Part shown: positions 13,889 through 27,879 of the stretch, piece by piece
How the letters are laid out: each line of letters opens with the position of its first letter
How positions within the stretch are numbered: the first letter of the stretch is position 1
NCBI RefSeq assembly: GCF_006345805.1
Contig: NC_043003.1
Coordinates: 108,252,001-108,316,000 of the forward strand
Source of the DNA: Octopus sinensis
Taxonomy: Eukaryota
Reading direction: 5' to 3'
Length of the DNA stretch: 64,000 nt
Notes under the pieces: model-generated
Seen by the model: only the letters and a program-made list of their open reading frames with translations
The model's database searches: none
What the model was told of the DNA's origin: nothing
Translations under genes and position numbers: made by a program

Positions 13889-14389
13889 AATACTTCTCTT
13901 GCTTAGATTCTTATCTGGCAGAGCCATGATCAAAGCCATGCCACCCGTAACGCCATCACAAAGTTTACACAATCCAGTTCTTCCTTCGTTACTAAAACGA
14001 TAGAATGTCACATACGGGGCATTTGGCTGCTATAACAAGCAGATCGTGTGTCCACATGGAGTTCCCTCGTTATCTAGTTGTAGATGTGTTAATGTGTTAC
14101 CGCGTGTTTGAATTTGTAGCAGTCGGAACTGTAAACGTTTATGTTTGTGGCTTGCAGCCAACGGTGCACCCGACCTATCCAGGCATTTTTTTTTCTCGGT
14201 CTTGATGTTTCGTTACATATACGGTCAGTAAATGTAGTCTCTGAACATGTGACAAAAGAAAGTACTCAATTGGGAATTATTTGCAATCTATTGTAGTGTG
14301 TTGTAGAGACTCCTCTTTTATTTTCGAAGAGTCAAGAGGACGAGACAATGCTCCTGTTCTTTTGCAGACTCTTTACGACAGATCCTCGA

Positions 14390-14530
14390 AGACCGGTGGA
14401 GTTGATACTGTTTAATGTTCGGTTTAAATTCCTTTGGGTCAAAATCTGCAAGAAAAACATGACCAGAGAGAAGTTTCCAAAGGGTTCATATCTTGGGAGA
14501 AAGGATTGGGAGTAGTGGATAAACTAATTT
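14390..14530 (-). mobile_element. Possible ancient CR1/L2/Jockey-type LINE ORF2 C-terminus
   Basis: YSQSFLPR../LWKLLSGHVF..DPKEFKPNI resembles the SFFPRT..LWN.LP..VF....FK motif. Confidence 0.35.
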
Positions 14531-15145
14531 TTGGCCAGTTTAATTTACATAATGAAAAATTAAAATATAATAACATGAGAACCCAAAAACATCAAGAACA
14601 TGAATATGGATGAGTATATTGTTGTGCTGCATGCTTAATTAACGAATGCTTAATAAATTCTTAATTAAAATATCCTCTTGAGTAGAGAAAAGATACAACA
14701 TACAGAAACAATACGTCCACATGCATCACGCTCTACCAAAACAAATTGGATTCTCCTCTTGGTTCGCGGTATGTTATGATATGCAGGATATTTTGTGGCT
14801 ACATCTCGCATACCGTACGCCCGTGCTAAATCTTTCCTAATTGATTCGAAGTAAACTTTGTTGCTGTCTGTTCCCAGAGCAATGCTAGTCTAAACACTTT
14901 ATCTTCATAAATTCTTTGAACATGGGATCCCTCCATTTCTAAAATATAGTTTTATTTATAATGTTAGGGTGAGAAATTCATAGAATTTTGACGACCATTT
15001 CTAAGCACTAACAAATCTCCGTCCTCTCTCTTTTTGTTTCTCCCCTTTCTCTTTTCTCTCTCTCTCTTTCTCACTCTCCCTCTCCCTCTGTCTTTCCCTC
15101 TCTCTCTTCTTACTCCCTCTTTTTATCTATCTATCTATCTATCTG

Positions 15146-15212
<67 letters not shown>

Positions 15213-15434
15213 GTACATAGTTAGTTCATCGGCTACTTTCAGAAAGGGTCTGAGTCTTCACATTATGCAGCTAATAGAAGAGAAACTTCTGCATACTAAT
15301 ACATCAGCAGTGCAATTTATATATGTGCGCGCGTATGTGTGAGTGTATGTGGTGGTGTTTGTGGTTTGTGTATGCGTACCTATGTGTGTTGCGTGTGTAG
15401 TGTGCGTGTATAAATGTATATGCATATATAATAG

Positions 15435-15491
<57 letters not shown>

Positions 15492-15939
15492 TATATTTAT
15501 ATGCGAAAGAAGGGCAATATATATATATGATGTCTGAAATTTTTGAATGAATAATTATTGTTACCTACTGACATATTCGAATAATTTCTTGCTTCTTAAA
15601 ATCACTATACAGCAAACTATAACAACGGAGATTAGCACAGAAGTGACATTATATATGTATATATATATAATATAATATATATATATATATATAGATATAT
15701 AATATATAAATATTATATATATAATATATATATATATATTATATGTATATAATATAATTTTTCTGAACTTCAGATTTTTCAATATGCTAGAGCACTGGTT
15801 TTAAATTGATATTAATCAAATTAATATTCATTTTTCACCCTTAATTTTATATATATAATAATATATATATATACTATATATATAATATATATATATATAT
15901 ATAATATATATCTCATATATATATATATATTATATATAA

Positions 15940-16578
15940 GGCTTAGTAAAATAAATTACGTTGCCACATACTGAACTCATTAGAATAGCAGAAGAACTTT
16001 CTTCATTTTCTAATACTTAAAGAAGATCTCTCTCAGATAGTGTTTGCCTAAACTAACTCACAAAAGTATGGGGGAAAAAAAAACATTAAAAAATCAAGTG
16101 CAAAGGTTATTTGAGAACGTACGTTTCTAGATTAGTCAATTAGTCATTAGAAATAGCAGCTAAAGAAATTTCTTCAGCTATTTCTAATACTTAAAAAACC
16201 CACGCTGGTGGAAAGGGGAGAGCAGAAATTCTTCGCTTGCATATTCGAATTTGATAGCACTTTTAGTTCGAGCAGAATTCTAGAGGTGATTAGAAGCCGA
16301 AAGGGTATGCTCCCGACTTTCAGTGTTCCCAAATCCGATTCAAGGAATTCTGAGCTGAAGAAAGAAATGTCGAATTGACTAATCTAGAAACGTACGTTCT
16401 CAAATAACCTTTGCACTTGATTTTTTAATGTTTTTTCCCCCATACTTTTGTGAGTTAGTTTAGGCAAACACTATCTGAGAGAGATCTTCTTTAAGTATTA
16501 GAAATAGCTGAAGAAATTTCTTTAGCTGCTATTTCTAATGAGTTCAGTATGTGGCAAAGTAATTTATTTTACTAAGCC
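15940..16578. mobile_element. TA-flanked fold-back element, ~200-bp arms, with partial third copy; probable Penelope-like termini
   Basis: 15940-16141 is the inverse of 16373-16578; the spacer repeats part of the left arm at 16144-16195. Confidence 0.8.
16351..16402 (+). ncRNA. Minimal type I hammerhead ribozyme
   Basis: UGAG-CUGAAGA-AAGA..GUC gaauu GAC..UCUA-GAAA-CGUACG-UU^CUCA; palindromic stem III. Confidence 0.7.
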
Positions 16579-16692
16579 CTTATATATAATGTAATATTTT
16601 GAATTCGCCTATAATGGTCCCTTTACATACTGAATACTTGGTGAAATTGATTAATATTAATTAATTTTACCCTCAATTGTTGAAATATATAT

Positions 16693-16738
<46 letters not shown>

Positions 16739-16953
16739 TGTAGCTTTTGAGAAGCGTTGTGTGGTATTACTTTAACGAGATTTGTTGTGCTGGAACCGAA
16801 ACAATGTGAGAAGGTATAAATTAAAGTGCAAAACGAAAAGTTAACAAAACAAAGTTGCAATTTTTCCATGTATTTTTACATTTCCAGGTAATAACTCCTT
16901 CACGGCGTTTAGAAAAGCGAGGGACGGAAAGTCATTGCTCATACATACATACA

Positions 16954-16989
<36 letters not shown>

Positions 16990-16994
16990 TTAAT

Positions 16995-17310
16995 ATGAAG
17001 GCGCATGGCTCAGTGGGTTGTGAGCTCGAATCCCGGACCGAGCTGCGTGTTGTGTTCTTGAGCAAGACACTTTATTTCACGTTGCTCCAGTTCACTCAGC
17101 TGTAGAAATGAGTTGCGACGTCACAGATGCCAAGCCGTATCGGCCCCTTTGCCTTTCCCTTGGATAACACTGGTGGCGTGGAGAGGGGAGGCCGGTATGC
17201 ATGAGCAACTGTTGGTCTTTCATAAACAACCTTGCCCGGACTTGTGCCTGGGAGGGTAACTTTCTAGGTGCAATCCCATGTTCTGTGTCGTGACCGAAGG
17301 GGGTCACAGA
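16995..17310 (+). mobile_element. tRNA-derived CORE-type SINE, head internally deleted
   Basis: Co-linear with the 5297 copy. Confidence 0.85.
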
Positions 17311-17478
17311 TAGATATATATATATATATATAGTTAGATAGATAGATTGATACATACATACATACATACATACAAATAGATATATATATATATATATGTA
17401 TATAGACATATGTATATATATACACATTTATATATATGTATATATATATACATATATATGTGTGCGTGTCTGTGATAT

Positions 17479-17572
<94 letters not shown>

Positions 17573-19544
17573 CATATTATATATATTATATTATACTGCA
17601 TTATATTACATATATATGTAATGTAAATCTTACCCTCACCTCTCGCGTCTATTATCATCACTCAGTTTCTTCCATAAACTTCTACATACACTATTCTCTT
17701 CCAACATTCTTGAACTTTTCTGTGTCTTCCTTTGATCCTTTGATATTGTCACTTCCAGCAATCTCTTCTCTACCATCCATTCAACTTAATCTTTCTGATT
17801 CTCTCATCAACTCTCAGTTCTTTCACTCTCCTGCCTTACTTTATCCTTTATCATCACTTTCTCTTCTGTTCACCATCTTGATCAAGATTAACGGAAATGA
17901 GGAAGGGTAGCAAGCGCTATTTGGTCGTTCAAGGAACAAAACAACCTCTTTAGTACAGGCGCTACTTTTGTACTTGTTTCAGCCTGAAGTTGTTGTCATA
18001 CTGGGCGACCACTATTTCTAAGATGCTTACAGAATCTAGGTTTCACAATTTGTCATCCATTTAATTATTAACTAAGTTTGACATGCCTTAACTTCCATAA
18101 TCAGAGAAGAACTAATATTTTCGACTGTTTACATATATGTATATATATATATATATTCTGTACATATGTCTGTGCGTGAACGTGTGTGCTGCTGCTGCCG
18201 TTGTTTCAGATCTCATGTTCAGTGTTTCTAATAAAATCGTTTTGCAAGAACGTTTCATGTTTTGACAGAATCTTAGTTGAGACGTTGGAATAGAAGCCGA
18301 AAATGCAAATCTTTCTGCACATATACTGAAGCAGAGTGTAAATAATTATTCTTGGATATAACAGATCAATTGTATGCTTTCCAAGCCGTGGAGTCAAAAT
18401 CAAATACCGTTGCAAAAACTCAGAAATTTCTTAATATGTCAATGTTTTTTATAAAATTCTGTTGATTAAGTTTGTAGAAATACAATTTCGACTTTTGTTC
18501 TTTAAATTTCGGTCTGCCTTTATCAGTAGCAGGCGTTAAGTGATGAGTAGCAAGTGTTGAATGGTAGACGCCCGTGTAACTCCAGTATCTGGGCTTTTGA
18601 TAGGAAGAACTAAAACTAATAAATTTGATCTTATGCTCAAAGCATCTTTTATCTTTAACTTGTTTCAGTCATTAAGCTGCGGCCATCCTGGGGCACTACC
18701 TTGAAGTACTTTTAGTCAAATGAGTCGACCCAAGTACTTAACGTTTTGTTACGCCTGGTACTTATTTATATCCATGTAGGAAATATTCTTAGAATATCTC
18801 TTAATATCACCCATAATCTAGCCCTATTCTAAAGAAATATGAATCAAGAAAATGGGATTTAGTTTCAAAAATGGGCACAAGAGGCATATGTCGATGCCCT
18901 CTGTGGTCACCATATGAAAGTCTTATAGTCATTGCAGCAAGTTAACGACACAATTATCAGTCACACAGTATTTCGACTCCTTGGAACAAGAAATTATGAC
19001 TCAACGCTTTACTTATTTATAGCTATGTAGTCTAAACCTGCAAGTTGTATTTTGTTAATACTTTGTAGTACTATGAACCATAGCGTCAACATCCTCCTGG
19101 TGGGCACTATCTTACCATCAGTCAGCCAATCTCCACTTCATAGAGAACAAAGTAAGAAATTATAATTTAGTCGCTACCATTCTGTTCATGATATATTAGT
19201 CGCTGATTCTGCTTCTAGGTCATTTCTTTGCAATCGTTGTTACAAAGTTATATTCGTTTTATTATACTTATTTATTATTACCTTTTTGTATATCGATTGG
19301 TGCTTTAAAGAATGTCTGTTGGCATTATCTCTCTCTTGGCGGTCTCCATCAAAGGAAATCCCTTTTTTCACTTTCGACATCAATAGAAGCATTTATTTTG
19401 GGCTTTAATTTTTATCTTCATGGTTTATTTCGATTTCATTTTTACAATATTTCTAAGCATTTTTTTCTTTGTCACTTTTTTCCCTTTTTTGTAAAACATA
19501 TCCATCACACAGCGGCGTGATAAGATGTAGTTTTCTAAATGTTA

Positions 19545-19624
19545 TAGTTGTTGTTGTTGTTGTTATCATCATCATCATCATCATTATTATTATTATTATT
19601 ATTGTGGCCATTTTCAAGAGGATT

Positions 19625-19663
<39 letters not shown>

Positions 19664-19830
19664 ATGATGATGAGGTGGAGGAGGAGGAGGAGAAGGATAC
19701 AGCTTTACATATTTTAGAAACGTACCCCCATTCAAAAGACGAGAGAATCGTCATTGACCCCCCAAAACAGCATAGTACAAGAGCAGCTCAATCAAATTGT
19801 ATATGATAATAATAATAATAATAATAATAA

Positions 19831-19883
<53 letters not shown>

Positions 19884-19960
19884 CAACAACAACAATAATA
19901 CCAATAACAAAAGTAATAACAATAATAATAACAATAATAATGATGATGATGATGATGATT
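19545..19960. repeat. Compound trinucleotide microsatellite cluster (GTT/ATC/ATT/GAT/GGA/AAT/CAA)
   Basis: Direct reading. Confidence 0.95.
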
Positions 19961-20009
19961 TATGAATATTGACTTAACTCTTCACGAAGGTAAATCGATG
20001 ATTATGTAA

Positions 20010-20152
20010 TAAAAAACACAGGTTGACTTTGTTTATTGAATAATATTTCAACAGTATGACTTTCATCTTCAGATTCAAAATAAGATAAAAATAATGAAAA
20101 ATACAGGAACATAAATCTATTTACATGTTTCACTTGTTCATAGCTGGTTTAT
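20010..20152 (-). other. Candidate terminal exon of a minus-strand host gene
   Basis: Branch point gactaac and ttttttcttcttcttgttttaaccag| acceptor; early stop; AATAAA at 20037-20032 followed by a GT/T-rich tract. Confidence 0.55.
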
Positions 20153-20280
20153 CTGGTTAAAACAAGAAGAAGAAAAAATAAGGTGAGAGAACTGTTAGTC
20201 TTAATGTTTTGTATAAATCTCATGGAACTCTGTCATTTTGCTAATTTCCCCTACACCAGGACCTGATGCTAGTAACTTAC

Positions 20281-21287
20281 AAATATATTTGTCCTAGTGT
20301 GTTTTGAAGAATAGAACTTTAGTGGAGTCAAAATGTTTTCGCTAAGATGTTCCTCAATATTGCAGTCGTTTGTGATAAACTACGCAGCAAGTTTTGTCGA
20401 AGAAGTGGTGTGTTTGACGTCATACCTCTACTCCATGGAACCATTTGTTTAATTTTCTTCCTATTGCGCAATCAACATAAATCAAGTCGTGTTAGGTGCA
20501 TTCAGCCACGTACATCAAATGGGAATTTTTACAGTTGCTACTGTCTGTATAAATCAACAATTCTTTTAGAATTTGTGTTGGAGTTGACAGACTCATGCTG
20601 ATCCATAATAAACAAGGCTTATCTCTCTTGCGATTGATTTTTTTAGTACAGCATTTCAGAAACTCCAATGGATTTTTGGTGACGGTCGTAGGTATCAGTT
20701 AATATTTGTCATATATTTTTGTCATGATTAAAGCCGAATGAGGAACTATTTCTTTGAAGCAAAAATGTTCTCTTGAAATATGTTGATAACTGTCATGCTA
20801 ACGAAATTTCGCTGTCAGTTAATAACTAAAGGAATTCGGTTAGAATGTTGAATTTGACTACTATAATTAAAGCGTGAAAGTTTGACATTCGTTAATTTTA
20901 GCTGAGTCATTTGTGATCTCTTTCAATCTTGATTCACTGTTACATTTGACATAATGATGCACAAAATCGTTTGCGTGCTTTCAATAATCTCTAATGTCAA
21001 TACAAATCCATTTTATACTTTAAAATTTGGGCTTTGAATTTGACTTAATCGGAGCGGCTCTGAAGATAAATGTCGCACGATGAGAGTTTGCATGATAGTG
21101 CAGCCTTCTCAAAACTTAACATCCATGTCCAAAATCTGACGAACTTGATACATACTCCACTTTTTCACTCTCAAATTCTCATTCCACTATCTGAGATACT
21201 TAACTCAGCATCCTTTTCTTTTCACTTTCATTTTCCTTTTCTCATCTATTTTCAAGAGTTGTATATCCAACCATTGTTTTGTTGTAA
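20281..21287 (-). pseudogene. Candidate ~1-kb penultimate exon, coding-like but frame-disrupted
   Basis: Acceptor ttgtttatgttcag| (21288); donor |gtaagt (20280) defines a 128-nt GT-AG intron to the terminal exon; last frame ..EHLSENILTPLKFYSSKHTRTNIF|INQL*; many stops upstream. Confidence 0.4.
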
Positions 21288-21379
21288 CTGAACATAAACA
21301 ATTCTTTAAAGTTCCCTCAAAGCTACAAGCTTATGAGGCCGGAAGTTATATATATATTCGAGGTGCTAAGATAATGAGA

Positions 21380-21598
21380 ATGCTATGACTTCCACCCACC
21401 AGCCCTCCGAATGGGACGCCAGTCCGCCTATCCACCAATCCACCATAGACTTAGCGCCTAACTGACGGTGGTATTCATTTTCATCTGAGTGAGATGAAGT
21501 GCGTTACACAACGGCGCAGCGTTGCTCCAAATCTGTGAATCGAACCCATGTCAACGCATTCGCTTGCCCAATACCCTAACAACCAGACCATGCACCTT
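21380..21598 (-). mobile_element. Old tRNA-derived SINE
   Basis: Minus strand ggtgcatggtctggttgttaggg..gggttcgattcac (A and B boxes). Confidence 0.55.
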
Positions 21599-22030
21599 CT
21601 GTGACATATCCAAAAACCCCAGTTTGTAACGAATATTTTTGTTTAATGAGCCTTTAATGATAAGCGGTGAGTTACAGCTAATAAGAACCGTTGGCAGGTT
21701 GTTGTAGTTACTGTTGCTGTCGTCGTTATTTCTGTTCTTGCTACTCGATTCATTGGCCCCGCCTTCTTTCAAGTGAGGCGCTATATATGCATGTGCGTAT
21801 GCGTATATGTATGTACTAGTGTGTATATATATTCATATCCATACACACGCACTTACACACATACACACGCACACACACGAATAGACATAAGTGTGTGTGC
21901 ATACTCATCTTTATATCTACAGAATGCAATTGTGAACAAGGCATTCGAATAGTCTTATGAGTGCATGGACGTTCAGATACACACATCTTCATATATAATT
22001 AATATATATTATATATATATATATATATAG

Positions 22031-22062
<32 letters not shown>

Positions 22063-22114
22063 ATATACATGATATATATATATATATATCTATATATATA
22101 TATATAATATATAC

Positions 22115-22180
<66 letters not shown>

Positions 22181-22223
22181 TATATACATATAATATATAA
22201 TATATATATACATATATATATAC

Positions 22224-22275
<52 letters not shown>

Positions 22276-22304
22276 CATATATATATTACACACACCACAA
22301 CACA

Positions 22305-22336
<32 letters not shown>

Positions 22337-22709
22337 CACCCACACACACACATATATATTATATATATATATATATATGCATATAATATGCATGGGTAGG
22401 TATTTTTGAAATGCTTGTAAGCATGAATATATTTACGTATCTCTCATGTACGTTATGAGGAAGCCAGAGGGATAATGAGCAGATTCCCGCCCTCCTAGAC
22501 TGGGCAAAGGAAATAAATAGTCGAGGTTGATATGGTTGGCGTTCTATGTAAAATGTCGCAGTGGGTGGTGACTGGAGGGAGAAATGTGGCCAATAAAAAG
22601 GACAGACACGGCTTAGCGAATGTTGGTGATTAGAAATATAAATATATGTATGCGCACATGTACACATATAAAATGCATATATGTACACGCATATTTCTTT
22701 ACATGCTTG

Positions 22710-22742
<33 letters not shown>

Positions 22743-22896
22743 ATATATATATATATATATAATATAATATATATATATATATACATATATATATGTATAT
22801 ATACATATATATTATACATATATACATATATATATACATATATACATATATATTGAATAATATATAAATGCATGTATATATATATTACATATATAT

Positions 22897-22927
<31 letters not shown>

Positions 22928-23059
22928 ATTTCATGATAAATACGTATTCCACTATATGTGTATATTACATATATACGTATGTACACGTGTATGTATGTGC
23001 GTCGGTAGATAGGTAAGTTCGTTGGTATGTATTAATGTATACACACACATATATATGAA

Positions 23060-23104
<45 letters not shown>

Positions 23105-23108
<4 letters not shown>

Positions 23109-23445
23109 GATATGTATGTATGTATGTATGTATGTATCTGAATGTATGTATGTTCGTATGTTGTATGAATATATTCATAAACAAAGTATATCTGTTTTTG
23201 CGTGTGAATGTGTGTGTGTGTTGTGTTTGTGTGCACTTATTGACTTATTCTTCTATGCGTCGTAAATGGTGTATGTATTGCAACTATCCAGTTGTGTACA
23301 TGTTTCGTATATCATTTCCTCTCACTGATTGCTTACGAACATATACTTCTCACATATTCATACCACAACAAACATCGTATCACCACGTCTCTACATCGTT
23401 AACGTATAACGAGTGAGAGAGGAAGAGCGAGCGAGAGAGTTAGGG

Positions 23446-23488
<43 letters not shown>

Positions 23489-24110
23489 CACAGAGAGAGA
23501 GAGAGAAAGAAAGAAAGAGGTTAAGTGAGGTGGGGTGGTGAACAGTGCGTGCGAACGGTAAAGTTTGAGACATCATGACATTCCAGATAGGCCAGGTATA
23601 TACACCCACGGCTTTTAAAGTACAGGTTTTTAATTCTATCAAGTCACTTTCATTCGATTAGCCAACCCTCGTAACCCCCACTTACACTGCCAACACCGCC
23701 AACACCATTTACAACCAATACCACTACAACTTCCCACATGCGTGTGTTCCTACTTCGTCATAATTGACATTGTGAAGAGTGATAACTATATCAACCCACC
23801 TTTTTATTAGATAAATGTGAACCCAACCCCCTTGAATGAAGTGTAGCTATAAAACGTTTAAGGTACAGGGCCTGGGTCTCTATACGACTTTGCCAACAAT
23901 ACTGACTCATTTAGAGAAGGTAAGAATGCTATCTTCAACTTTTATTACTTTTAAACAAATGTCGCACTCAACGCAATAACACATCTAGTTATACATGTAT
24001 TTATCTATCAATCTATCTATTTGTCATCTATCTACCTATCTATCTGTCTCTCTCTCTCTATATATAATGTATATATATATACATATATACATACATACAA
24101 CATACATACA

Positions 24111-24209
<99 letters not shown>

Positions 24210-25220
24210 CTGAATGTATGTATGTTCGTATGTATGTATGAATATATTCATAAACAAAGTATATCTGTTTGCGTGTGAATGTGTGTGTGTGTGTGTGTTT
24301 GTGTGCACTTATTGACTTATTCTCTATGCGTCGTAAATGGTGTATGTATTGCAACTATCCAGTTGTGTACATGTTTCGTATATCATTTCCTCTCACTGAT
24401 TGCTTACGAACATATACTTCTCACATATTCATACCACAACAAACATCGTATCACCACGTCTCTACATCGTTAACGTATAACGAGTGAGAGAGGAAGAGCG
24501 AGCGAGAGAGAGAGTTAGGAGAAAGAAAAAAGAAGAAGAAAGAAGAAAGAAAGAAGACAGAAAGACAGAGAGAGAGGAGAGAAAGAAAGAAAGAGGTTAA
24601 GTGAGGTGGGGTGGTGAACAGTGCGTGCGAACGGTAAAGTTTGAGACATCATGACATTCCAGATAGGCCAGGTATATACACCCACGGCTTTTAAAGTACA
24701 GGTTTTTAATTCTATCAAGTCACTTTCATTCGATTAAGCCAACCCTCGTAACCCCCACTTACACTGCCAACACCGCCAACACCATTTACAACCAATACCA
24801 CTACAACTTCCCACATGCGTGTTGCCTACTTCGTCATAATTGACATTGTGAAGAGTGATAACTATATCAACCCACCTTTTTTATTAGATAAATGTGAACC
24901 CAACCCCCTTGAATGAAGTGTAGCTATAAAACGTTTAAGGTACAGGGCCTGGGTCTCTATACGACTTTGCCAACAATACTGACTCATTTAGAGAAGGTAA
25001 GAATGCTATCTTCAACTTTTATTACTTTTAAACAAATGTCGCACTCAACGCAATAACACATCTAGTTATACATGTATTTATCTATCAATCTATCTATTTG
25101 TCATCTATCTACCTATCTATCTGTCTCTCTCTCTCTATATATATATGTATATATATATACATATATACATACATACATACATACATACATACATACATAC
25201 ATACATACATACATACATAC
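23105..25220. repeat. Near-identical ~1.07-kb direct tandem duplication
   Basis: 23110-24140 recurs at 24185-25220; differences are mostly 1-nt indels and microsatellite length. Confidence 0.92.
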
Positions 25221-25402
25221 ATAACATATATACATATATGCATGCATGTATATAATTATATATATGTGTGTGTAATTTATATATATATATACATAAATAT
25301 ACATACATATAATAATATATACGTATATATATTCATATACATATATATATTTATATAGAAACATATATATACATATATATGTTTATATATATATAACGTC
25401 AC

Positions 25403-25442
25403 AAGAAATTTGAAAAGCTACACGCGAAACCGGTAATTTCTT
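25403..25442 (+). ncRNA. 40-nt type I hammerhead with U3-A8 compensatory core
   Basis: AAGAAAU-UUGAAAA-GC uacac GC-GAAA-CCGG-UA^AUUUCUU; perfect 7-bp stem I, palindromic stem III; in a TA-flanked insert. Confidence 0.72.
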
Positions 25443-25618
25443 TAAAAATTTTTAAATTATGTCATTTTAAGGAAAGGGAAAAAAAATGTTTCCAATATTC
25501 TCCAGACATTTTGACACAAATATATATATTTTTTAACATTTAAGCCTTCTGTCGTTTTTTCACACTTTACTATTTTCTTATATATTCACCCACGTGCTTT
25601 ACCAAACAAACTTTCTTA

Positions 25619-25653
<35 letters not shown>

Positions 25654-26564
25654 TTATATATATATACATGTAAATCAATGTGTAGTGTTTTATATTTTTC
25701 GCATATTTTTTCTTTTTTTTAGTTTTTTAGTATATCTATATATTAAGTGTATATGTGTGTGTGTGCATATGTACAGGTGTATAGGTATGTGTATATGCAC
25801 GAGTGTATGCGCGTATATATGCATCCTCACAAATATACATACAAAGCAGGTTAGAGACATAGCAGAATAAAGTACAATACTTGTCAAAAAGGATGGACGA
25901 AGCCATCGTATGTTCGATGCCTATCTAGCAAATGCTTGGGATATGAAAAATAGTCGTGATGGCAAACAAGCGTTCCATACGACCATATGAGAATGATGGT
26001 GCCCCTAAATTTTGCTTCAATATCAGTTTAAGAGCAAAGATGTTCTGGTGTAAAACTTAAAGATCATCAAACCTCTGGTCTTCTCAGTATATAATCAGTC
26101 ACCAGGAGAAAAGTTGTTCTGTCTGAAGTGTATATCCGTTTCATTCACTGTAATCAATTTTATACAGAAAACTTCTTGGAGAAAAAGTCATGCGGTGATG
26201 GAGATAAGTGGAACATATACAACTTAACCAGTAGAAATTAAGTAAATGGAAAACCTGCATGTACAATACTTGGGATAATGGTCACAGGGTTTCCTTTTCC
26301 AAACTAAGGTGATGGACAGATTCGGTAGCACCTCGATTGAGTAAGACGCCTTTTTCAGGGCTAGCCCTGCTCAGGTATTAATTAGAAAGGCCCCTTGAAA
26401 AGTTATCTAAACAAAGCTTTTCTAATACTAGAACAGCGATGAGGAATCAAACCTGCGGATGACGGTTGTCCTTTCCTTGGCAGGCTTACACGGTAATTTT
26501 TAACTTGTCAAGAGGTCGTGCCCGGACCAGTTCAATTCATCATATATGTGTGTGTATGTTGGTG

Positions 26565-26600
<36 letters not shown>

Positions 26601-27215
26601 TGTATGTATGTATGTATGTATGTATGTATGTATGTATGTATGTATGTGTGTGTACATGTATGTATGTATATATATATATTATATATACATGCATAAACAT
26701 GCATCCATCCATCCATCCATCCATCCATCCATACATACATACGTACGTACATACATACATACATACGTACGTACGTACATACGTATGTATTCGCATATAT
26801 CCATGCGTACGGCCAAGTAGTTAGTGGGTTAGGCCTCCGATCATAAGGATTTAGGATCGATTCCTTGACCAAGTGGCACGCTGTCTTCTTTGTGCAAAAT
26901 TCTTCATTTTATGTTGCCCGAGCGTGCTCAGCTGAAAAGGAGTACCAGCCTAAAGGAGTTGCAGAACTACGCTGGTACTCACTTCCATTAAGTATATTCC
27001 AGGGAAGACGAAATGGGCATTTGGATGCAGAGACATTAAGAGGACAATGTATTCCTGAACTCGTGGAAATTTGATGGTTTCAGAAAACTTATCATGACGA
27101 CTCGACTATGAAACTTCAACTGATTGCAACAATGAAACTCAGAAACTAATTTGATTGAGCATAATAATCGGCGATCTTGAATCGATGTACATACATACAT
27201 ACATACAAATGTATG

Positions 27216-27257
<42 letters not shown>

Positions 27258-27476
27258 AACGTAAACGTAGCTATATATGCATATAAATATGAATATAGAC
27301 ATACCTGTACACATACATTAATATATACATGAAGGTATGTTAATATATCAGTATATGTCTATATATGTGTGTGTTTGTGTTTGTGTGTGGGGGGGTAGGT
27401 TTACATACATTTATAAATATATGAGAGCGTGTAGGTGTGTGTTTGCATATACATTCGTAAACATACTTGTGTGAGG

Positions 27477-27507
<31 letters not shown>

Positions 27508-27528
27508 TGTATGTATGTATATATATCA

Positions 27529-27730
27529 GATAAAAGCTTGATAAGGCTGAAACAATGCAATATAAAATACAAAGTGAAAACAGAAAAAACAACTGAAGTG
27601 TCCTGAAGAAGGGGTCATAACCCGGAAATATAAAAATACAAGGTAAAACTTCAACTGTTGTTCTGTTTTCACTTTTGTAGTTTACTTTGTTCTTCATTTC
27701 GCATTGTTTCGAGCTTATCAAGTTTTTATC
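27529..27730. repeat. Diverged fold-back with partial hammerhead core in the spacer
   Basis: gataaaagcttgataag..aaagtgaaaacagaa vs ttctgttttcacttt..cttatcaagtttttatc; spacer has CUGAAGA-aggggucauaacccg-GAAA without stem III. Confidence 0.65.
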
Positions 27731-27879
27731 TAATATAGCATCACAATACCTCGCCTTAACTATTCTATTCTTGTGTGTGTGTGTGTGTGTGTGTGTATAC
27801 GTATGTATGTATGCCTGTATGTATGTATGTATGTACGCATATATGCATGTATGTATGAATGTAGGTGTGTAGCTCTACT

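Noticed and set aside
16745-16815. U3-A8 hammerhead (UUGAGAA...GAAACAAUGUG)
   Set aside because: Stems I and II do not pair convincingly and the triplet is GUG
27597-27640. Complete hammerhead
   Set aside because: CUGAAGA, stem II and GAAA are present, but no stem III, NUH triplet or stem I partner follows
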